Part shown: piece after piece, positions 57,905 through 64,000 of the stretch
Layout of the letters: each line of letters opens with the position of its first letter
How positions within the stretch are numbered: the first letter of the stretch is position 1
Source of the DNA: an uncultured Acidobacteriota bacterium
GTDB taxonomy: Bacteria > Acidobacteriota > Vicinamibacteria > Vicinamibacterales > JAKQTR01
DNA length: 64,000 nt
Assembly: GCA_963843385.1 (NCBI GenBank)
Contig: CAWJJY010000007.1
Coordinates: 566,028-630,027, forward strand
Direction: 5' to 3'
Position numbers and translations under genes: made by a program
Notes under the pieces: generated by a model
Databases searched by the model: none
The model's input: only the letters and a program-made list of their open reading frames with translations
Told to the model about the DNA's origin: nothing

Positions 57905-58924
57905 TCAGTCCCGCCGTTCGGCAGGAACGACGCGCAGTTCCCGCAGTTCGTTCCCTCGGACGATCGTCATCGTGGTCTCGACGCCGATCTGCGCATCAGT
58001 CAGCATGCGCTGGAGCGTCTCGACCCTGTCGACCGCCCGATCGCCGAAGCGGACCATGATGTCCCCTTCGAGCAGGCCGGCGGCGGCGGCCGGTGAGTCA
58101 GGCTCGGTGGTCACCACGAGGATCCCAGACGCCAGCGGCAGCTTGTAGAATCTGGTCACGGCCCGCAGCAATGGCACAGCCTGACCGCCGAATCCCACGT
58201 AGGCGCGCCGCAACCGGCCGTCCTTGATCAGGCGGCCGGCGACGAACTTCGCGGTGTTGATGGGAATTGCGAAACAGAGTCCCTGCGCCATGGCGATCAC
58301 CGCGGTGTTCACGCCGATCACCGCACCCTGCGAGGTCACCAGCGGCCCGCCCGAATTACCGGGATTGAGCGGTGCGTCGGTCTGGATGATGCCGTCCATG
58401 AGCCGTCCGGACTGCGCGCGCAACGACCGGCCGAGCGCGCTGACGATGCCCGAGGTCACCGTGCACTGGAACCCGAACGGGCATCCGACCGCGACGGCGA
58501 CCTGACCGGGCCTGATGTGGTCGGAATCGCCGAGCCTCGCCGGCACAAGGTCCGGCGCGTCGATGCGGATGACCGCCAGGTCGGTGTCCTGGTCATCACC
58601 GATCTTTTCGGCCTCGAGCCTCCTGCCGTCCGTGAGCGTGACTCGCAGGCGGTCCGCGTCGTGGACGACGTGGCTGTTGGTCAGCGCGAACCCGTCAGGC
58701 GTGAAGATGAATCCGCTGCCCGCACCGGCCACCTCGCCGCCGGCGCGCACTCCCGTGCCCCGGCTCTTGACGATCTCGATCGCGAGCACGGATGGCGTGA
58801 TGGATTCCACCGCGGATGTCACGGCCGCAGAATAGGCGTCGAGCAGCGACCCGTCGTTCAGGCGTGAGGCCTGCGCTGCTGCGATGGACACCACGTTGGA
58901 CGGCTCGCGCTGGGGACTGGCCAT
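57905..58924 (-). CDS. HtrA/DegP-like trypsin-fold serine protease with C-terminal PDZ domain
   Basis: TNSHVV (His), D.A..R (Asp), GNSGGPL (Ser) and a PDZ-like tail ...GILVVTTEPDSPAAAAGLLEGDIMV. Confidence 0.85.
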   Translation of the reverse strand: MASPQREPSNVVSIAAAQASRLNDGSLLDAYSAAVTSAVESITPSVLAIEIVKSRGTGVRAGGEVAGAGSGFIFTPDGFALTNSHVVHDADRLRVTLTDGRRLEAEKIGDDQDTDLAVIRIDAPDLVPARLGDSDHIRPGQVAVAVGCPFGFQCTVTSGIVSALGRSLRAQSGRLMDGIIQTDAPLNPGNSGGPLVTSQGAVIGVNTAVIAMAQGLCFAIPINTAKFVAGRLIKDGRLRRAYVGFGGQAVPLLRAVTRFYKLPLASGILVVTTEPDSPAAAAGLLEGDIMVRFGDRAVDRVETLQRMLTDAQIGVETTMTIVRGNELRELRVVPAERRD

Positions 58925-59206
58925 GATTCAGTTGCCTCCGCGGACGGCCCGGCGTCGATGTGGCCCGTCCTACTCATTTGGACGCCCCCGTCGAGGTCCA
59001 GGTTGCGAACCGATCATTCAGAGCGCTTCGCGCCTCCATTCTCGGCGGAGTCTGAAGCGCGAGCCTCTGGCCTGTTGCTATGCGAGGGATGGGAGGAGTG
59101 CCGAGGGAATCCTGAGGCGGGCTGACGGCGCCGCCCGAGTCGCGTATCAGGGGGTTCGGGGAGGGGCTACGCGATCCCGGGCGGCGACAAACGAATCTCG
59201 TTCGAG

Positions 59207-59566
59207 CTACTTCTTCGGGCTCTTGTGGGCCATGGTCTGGGCCATCGCGGGCTTGGCGGCCTTGATGTTGACGATCGCCTGGTGCTCGCCCTTGTCGTTG
59301 TCCCTGCAGGTCAGATCGACCTTCTCTCCGACCTTGACGGCCTTGAGCTCGGTCAGCGCCTTGCCTGCAAGCGGCATCGTCATCTCGCTGCCCTTGTCGT
59401 CCTTGACCGTGAGGGTCTTGGCCTCGGCGTCGATCTTGACCACTTCGGCAACGACCACGTGGGTCTTCGCCTTGGCGGCAACCGTGGCCGACTTCGAGGG
59501 CTGGCTGGCTGAGGCGAGCGTCGCTGACATGAGCAGCGCCATCGCCGCAACGGTGTACTTCTTCAT
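59207..59566 (-). CDS. small secreted protein of unknown function
   Basis: The ATG at 59566 is preceded by AAGGAG. A signal peptide (MKKYTVAAMALLMSATLASA) is present. The mature part is about 95 aa and Lys/Ala-rich. Confidence 0.6.
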   Translation of the reverse strand: MKKYTVAAMALLMSATLASASQPSKSATVAAKAKTHVVVAEVVKIDAEAKTLTVKDDKGSEMTMPLAGKALTELKAVKVGEKVDLTCRDNDKGEHQAIVNIKAAKPAMAQTMAHKSPKK

Positions 59567-59930
59567 CGTGTCCACTCCTTCGGTTTCGATATGTAGAGAC
59601 AGTCTCAACTGGCCGTTCGCGTGAGGGCGCCGCCAGGGGACACTGCCATCACTGGCAAGGGACGTGCCACGGAGGTGAACGGGCGACAAACATCTAACTC
59701 ATTGAAGAACAAGCCTATAAGGCACGAGTACTGCCGCGATCCGTGGACCGCATTCGGAGCCAACCCGCCACGGCGTGGCGGCCGTGCTGGCGACCTCATC
59801 CATGGCGCTGCCCGGATGCCGGCCCTGATGGCCCATCTGCAAGCACTCGGGCCCGGGAATCCAGCACGCGAGAACGCGCTGTCGCATCAGATGGCCGCCG
59901 AAGGCCAGGCCTCGTGCCGGCCACGGCGCC

Positions 59931-59967
59931 TTGACATCAGATAGTTTGAATATTAGGATATTACTAT
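59931..59967 (+). promoter_or_regulatory. AT-rich promoter/operator island directly abutting the arsR-family start codon (possibly a leaderless transcript)
   Basis: TTGACA lies at 59931-59936 and a 17-nt spacer leads to TAGGAT at 59954-59959. The palindrome AATAT-TAGG-ATATT spans 59949-59962 and the ATG is at 59968. This is the most AT-rich patch I noticed in the window. Confidence 0.45.
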
Positions 59968-60309
59968 ATGCCAATTGCCGAGCTCCAGGTCTTCAAGGCC
60001 GAGTTCTTCCGCGCGCTCGGTCACCCGATCCGCGTCCGGATCCTGGAAACCCTGGTGAACGGCGAGCGCAGCGTCCAGGAGCTGCAGGACACCCTGAACG
60101 TGGACCAGCCCGTGATGTCTCAGCAACTGGCCGTGCTGCGGGCCAAGAACATCGTGGTCGCGCGCAAGGAAGGCACCACCGTGCGCTATTCGCTTCGGGA
60201 TCCGCTCGTGGCCGACCTGCTCGACGCGGCCCGCCGGATCTTCAACAGTCAACTCATCGGCACCCAGAGCCTTCTGCGCGAACTTCGGCGCGAAACGCGA
60301 ACCCGTTGA
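59968..60309 (+). CDS. ArsR/SmtB-family transcriptional regulator
   Basis: ...FFRALGHPIRVRILETLVNGERSVQELQDTLNVDQPVMSQQLAVLRAKNIVVARKEG..V.Y.L is a canonical winged-helix ArsR pattern. Confidence 0.88.
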   Translation: MPIAELQVFKAEFFRALGHPIRVRILETLVNGERSVQELQDTLNVDQPVMSQQLAVLRAKNIVVARKEGTTVRYSLRDPLVADLLDAARRIFNSQLIGTQSLLRELRRETRTR

Positions 60310-60869
60310 TGCAGCTCTTCGCCAAGATCCTCAGGACCGGCCTGGTCACCACGCCGCTCACCGCTCAGCACGACGAAGCGATTCGAATCGCCCGGACGAT
60401 CGAGGAGCGCAGCCGGCGCCTCTTTGGCCGTGCGCTGGCGATTCGGGCGGTGGACGCAGGCTCCTGCAACGGCTGCGAGCTCGAGATCGGCGGCATGGCG
60501 GGGCCCGTCTATGACATGGAGCGCTTCGGCATGCATTTCGTGGCCTCGCCACGCCACGCCGACCTGCTGCTGGTGACGGGGCCGGTGACCGTGAACATGG
60601 CGGCGCCGCTCCGCAAGACCTGGGAGGCCACGCCGGATCCGAAACTGGTGGTCGGCGTGGGCGACTGCGCGCGAACCTGCGGTGTCTTCCGCGGAGGCTA
60701 CGCGGTCGCCGGCAGCGTGGATGCCGTGATCCCCGTCGACGCGTGGATCGACGGGTGCCCGCCGGAACCTGCCGACATTCTTCGCGGCATCCTGGCCGCG
60801 CTCGGCCGATTGCCGAAGCCTCCGCTCCGGCGGGGCCCCGCGGCGCCTTCGCGCGAGGAGCCAGCGTGA
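60309..60869 (+). CDS. group-4 [NiFe]-hydrogenase small subunit (HycG/HyfI/EchC, NuoB-like)
   Basis: VDAGSCNGCELEI...ERFGMHFVASPRHADLLLVTGPVT...VGVGDCA..CG...IDGCPPEP. The ATG overlaps the arsR stop (TGATG). Confidence 0.85.
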   Translation: MQLFAKILRTGLVTTPLTAQHDEAIRIARTIEERSRRLFGRALAIRAVDAGSCNGCELEIGGMAGPVYDMERFGMHFVASPRHADLLLVTGPVTVNMAAPLRKTWEATPDPKLVVGVGDCARTCGVFRGGYAVAGSVDAVIPVDAWIDGCPPEPADILRGILAALGRLPKPPLRRGPAAPSREEPA

Positions 60870-62891
60870 GCCTCGCAGAATTCCTCCTGGCCGTGCTCGT
60901 CGGCGCCTATGCCTGCGCCACGCTGATTGCGCTGCTGGCCCCGAGCCGATTTGGCAGGGCAGTGGCGACGGTTGCCACGACGGTCGGCGCAGCCACCAGT
61001 TTGATCCTCGGAGGCGCCGTGATCGCCGGCCTCGCGTCGCCCGTCGCCTCGATTCCGTGGTTCCTCCTCGGGCCGCTCAGGTTCCACCTCGACCCGCTCG
61101 GGGCCTTCTTCCTCATCGTCGTCGGACTGATCACCCTGGCCGCCGGGCTCTATGGGTTCGGCTACCTGCGCGACTCCCCCGCGGCCACTCGTCGCAGCGC
61201 CGACGGGCTGGTCAACCTCCTGGTGCTCGCCATGAGCCTCCAGGTCATGGCCGACAATCCGCTGACGTTCCTGTTCGTGTGGGAGCTCGTCTCGCTCGCC
61301 GCCTGCTTCCTGGTTCTGGCGGAGCACGACCATCCCGATGCCATCTCGGCCGCCAACTGGTACCTTGGCGTGACCCACGCGGGTTTCCTGGCGCTGGTCG
61401 CGATGTTCCTCCTGCTCTCAGGCGGGAACCTGTCGGTCCCGTTCGCCGACCTGCGGGGCGCCGGACCGGCTGGCGGGCTGCGTGACGTCGTCTTCATCCT
61501 CGCGGTGCTGGGATTCGGCACCAAGGCCGGCATCATTCCTCTCCACGTGTGGCTGCCCCGCGCGCACCCGGTGGCGCCCAGCCACGGCTCGGCGCTCATG
61601 TCCGGCGTCGTGCTCAAGATGGGCGTCTACGGCATCGTGCGGGTGGTCTTCGACGTGATGGGGACGGGGCCCGCGTGGTGGGGCGTGAGCCTGCTGGCCC
61701 TCGGCACGGCATCGGCGCTCTTCGGCGTGCTCTACGCGCTGATGCAGCACGATCTGAAACGGCTCCTGGCGTTTCACTCGATCGAGAACATCGGGATCAT
61801 CTTCATGGGCCTGGGGGCCGCGCAGCTGTTCCTGACCTACAGCCTGCCTTTGCTCGGCCGCCGTGGCGCTCATTGCCGCCCTGTATCACACCCTGAACCA
61901 CGCCGTCTTCAAGGGGCTGCTCTTTCTCGCGGCTGGCGCGGTCGTCCACGCCGTCCACAGCCGGAACATCGAGGAGATGGGAGGCCTCATCAAGCGGATG
62001 CCACGCACGGCGTTCGCGTTTCTCATCGGTTCGGCTGCGATTTCTGCGCTCCCGCCGCTGAACGGTTTCGCCTCCGAGTGGCTGCTGTTCCAGTCGCTGC
62101 TTGGCGGCATCCGGATTCCCGATCCGGCTGTCGCGCTGCTGATGCCAGTGGCGGTTGGCCTGCTGGCGTTGACCAGTGGCCTGGCCGCCGCGTGCTTCGT
62201 GAAAGCCTTCGGCATCACGTTCCTGGCCATTCCGCGATCACCGGAGGCTGAGCACGCCACCGAGGCCGCGCCGTCCCTGCAGGCGGGCATGCTGATCCTG
62301 GTCGTCGCATGCGTCGCGCTCGGCCTCGGGCCGTTCATCGTGGTGCCGGTGCTCGGAGGAATCGTGTCGCGCCTGCCGGGGCTGGAGGCGGCGGCCGGCC
62401 TGGGTTCGAATCACGCGTTCTTCACGGGCCTGCCGGACGGGCTTGGTCAGATGTCCTCGCCCTACCTCGCGCTCGGATTGCTCGGACTCGGGGTCATCGT
62501 GCCGCTGGCGCTGCGGGTTCTCACGCCGGCCTTCCGCATGCGGCGGGACGCGACGTGGGGCTGCGGGCGTCTGGTCCAGACACCGCGGATGCAATACACG
62601 GCCGCCGCGTTTGCCGAGCCGCTGAGGCGGGTGTTCAGCCAGCTGTTCCGGCCCTCCGAGGATCTGACGGTCGAGGTCCACCCCGATTCCCGGTACTTCA
62701 TCCGCGCGATCAGCTACGACCACAAGGTCTCGCCGCTGTTCGATCGGCTGGTGTACACGCCGTCGCTCGCCATCGTGCACCGATTGGGCGCCCTGGCGCG
62801 TTCGGTCCAGGGCGGATCGGTTCATCTCTATCTCGCCTATCTCTGCCTCGCGCTGGTCGCGATGCTGGTGGCGTCACGGTGGCTGCCATGA
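60866..62891 (+). CDS. HyfB/HycC (NuoL/Mrp-antiporter-like) membrane subunit; reading frame broken near 61850-61863
   Basis: ORF 60743..62251 carries WELVSLA..FLV, GFGTKAGIIPLHVWLPRAHP.APS..SALMSGV..K.G.YG and LLAFHSIENIG. ORF 61863..62891 continues ...ALYHTLNHAVFKGLLFLAAGAV...MGGL...MP.TA..FL.G..AISALPPLNGF.SEW. The GTG at 60866 overlaps the previous stop (GTGA). Confidence 0.8.
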
Positions 62892-63829
62892 CCGGCTGGA
62901 TCATCGAACTCGGCCAGGCGCTGCTGTGCCTGGCGTTGTCGCCGCTCCTGGTCGGAACGATACGAACGCTCAAGGCACGGATGCAGAACCGGCGCGGGGC
63001 GCCGGTCTGGCAGCCGTACGCCGAGCTCCGCAAGCTCTTCGCCAAGGAGGTCGTGGTGTCGACCAATGCCTCCTGGCTGTTCCGCGCGGCGCCATACATC
63101 GTCTTCATCAGCACGGTCGCCGTCACCATGGTGATTCCCCTGGTGACCGTGCCGTTGCCATTCGGCCAGGTGGCGGACCTGCTGGTGGTCGTCTACCTTT
63201 TGCTGCTCGGCACGTTCTTCCTGGCGCTGGCCGGGCTCGACCCGGGCTCTCCCTTCGGCGGCATGGGCTCGAGCCGCGAGATGACGGTTGCGGCGCTGGC
63301 CGAGCCGACCATTGCCGTGGCCATCTTCGCGCTGGCCTCGGGCGCGGGATCGACCAATCTCGGCCAGATGACGCTGCACATCATCCAGTCTCCCGAGGTG
63401 GCACTCTCGCCGGGGCACGCGCTCGCCTTCGCGTCCCTCTTCGTCGTCACGCTGGCCGAGACGAGCCGCCTGCCGATCGACAACCCGGCCACGCATCTGG
63501 AGCTGACGATGATCCACGAGGCGATGGTGCTGGAGTACTCCGGCCGGTACCTGGCGCTCATCGAGTGGGCGTCGGCGCTCAAACTCCTCGTGTTCTTCAC
63601 GCTGCTGGCGAATCTGTTCCTGCCGGTAGGGATTGCGACAACGCTCGCCCCGCAGGCGCTCGGCCTTGCGGCGATCGCGCTCGTGGTCAAGCTGCTGGTC
63701 CTGGCGGTCGCGGTCGCGGTCCTCGAGACTCGGGTCGCGAAACTCCGGCTGTTCCGGGTGCCTGAGCTGCTCAGCGCGTCGTTCGTGCTGGCGCTGCTCG
63801 CGGTGACGTCGGCCTTCCTGTTGAGGTAG
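62888..63829 (+). CDS. HyfC/HycD (NuoH-like) membrane subunit
   Basis: MTGWIIELGQALLCLALSPLLVG.IR.LKARMQNR.G....QPY.EL.KLF.KE...; ...GSPFGGMGSSREM...E. The ATG overlaps the hyfB-like stop (ATGA). Confidence 0.8.
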   Translation: MTGWIIELGQALLCLALSPLLVGTIRTLKARMQNRRGAPVWQPYAELRKLFAKEVVVSTNASWLFRAAPYIVFISTVAVTMVIPLVTVPLPFGQVADLLVVVYLLLLGTFFLALAGLDPGSPFGGMGSSREMTVAALAEPTIAVAIFALASGAGSTNLGQMTLHIIQSPEVALSPGHALAFASLFVVTLAETSRLPIDNPATHLELTMIHEAMVLEYSGRYLALIEWASALKLLVFFTLLANLFLPVGIATTLAPQALGLAAIALVVKLLVLAVAVAVLETRVAKLRLFRVPELLSASFVLALLAVTSAFLLR

Positions 63830-63831
63830 CG

Positions 63832-64000
63832 GTGGGCACCTTCTCGCAGATCTCCGTGCTCGGCTCCAGCGTGGCGTTGCTCTGCGCGATGACCGTGCTG
63901 TGGCGGCGCGGCGTCCACGCCTACATTGTGGCCTTCACCTGGCAGTCGGTGTTCCTGGTCGGGATTACCGCCGCCGTGGCGTTTTTCAGCGGGGATCGGT
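63832..64000 (+). CDS. next membrane subunit of the hydrogenase operon (HyfE/NuoK-like?), 5' fragment running off the window
   Basis: A GTG lies 2 nt after the previous stop. The product starts with the hydrophobic sequence VGTFSQISVLGSSVALLCAMTVLW.... Confidence 0.5.
   Translation, partial: MGTFSQISVLGSSVALLCAMTVLWRRGVHAYIVAFTWQSVFLVGITAAVAFFSGDR

Noticed and set aside
62402-62412. A tRNA T-arm-like string, GGGTTCGAATC. A similar TTCGAATCC occurs near 551.
   Set aside because: I could not build an acceptor or anticodon stem around either. The first lies inside the hyfB-like coding frame. I found no tRNA in the window.

Overview
This is a very GC-rich, densely coding bacterial chromosomal segment with about 55 supportable genes. 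I saw no rRNA, tRNA, CRISPR array, prophage or complete IS element. Most long ORFs antisense to the called genes are Arg/Pro/Gly-rich high-GC shadow ORFs and were rejected.

Gene content from left to right:
- 1-6.4 kb: the tail of an XDH-family FAD subunit, an alpha/beta hydrolase, ettA, a TDH-like epimerase-fold dehydrogenase and adenine deaminase.
- 6.5-12.2 kb: a Tat-exported PsrABC-like molybdopterin oxidoreductase, two half-size YeeE/YedE sulfur-transport proteins and a membrane-anchored rhodanese.
- 12.2-15.4 kb, convergent with the above: a two-gene operon encoding a Tat-Rieske protein and a cytochrome b fused to a c-type domain with about 11-12 haems.
- 15.6-21.9 kb: a Cys-rich hypothetical protein, a MATE exporter, a MenA/UbiA prenyltransferase, an M1 peptidase and DoxX.
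- 22.1-29.3 kb: two giant secreted proteins, an ExeM/NucH-type nuclease and a 7-blade PD40 / IPT / Ig-like / 4xFn3 protein.
- 29.6-32.6 kb: an SSF transporter with a repeat-decorated promoter, then DinB and GYD proteins.
- 32.7-47.5 kb, minus strand: a roughly 15-kb co-directional array. It combines an opine/sarcosine-oxidase-like flavoprotein module with ygeW, ygeY, a CysK-like PLP enzyme, a fused XdhD-like Mo hydroxylase, a short YgfK-like protein, ssnA and a ThrC-like PLP enzyme. This is a variant of the enterobacterial ygeW-ygfK-ssnA-xdhD purine-type locus.
- 47.6-56.2 kb: LysE, GT9, GT2, a ThDP enzyme, a GMC oxidoreductase with its small subunit, and two c-type cytochromes.
- 56.5-59.6 kb: ispG, an HtrA-like protease and a small secreted protein.
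- 59.9-64.0 kb: an ArsR-led group-4 (Hyf/Hyc-type) membrane hydrogenase operon that runs off the right edge.

The most noteworthy observations are:
- the Rieske / cytochrome b::multihaem fusion lying beside the sulfur island;
- the remodelled ygeW/ygeY/xdhD/ygfK/ssnA cluster;
- a textbook MITE insertion into a CTAG that was the shared stop codon of two convergent genes;
- an in-frame repeat/hairpin insertion inside the XdhD-like gene;
- a 306-bp inverted-repeat element between genes of the purine-type array;
- apparent frame disruptions in three otherwise intact genes, four shifts in all.

All functional calls rest on motif and family recognition by eye. No database search was possible.
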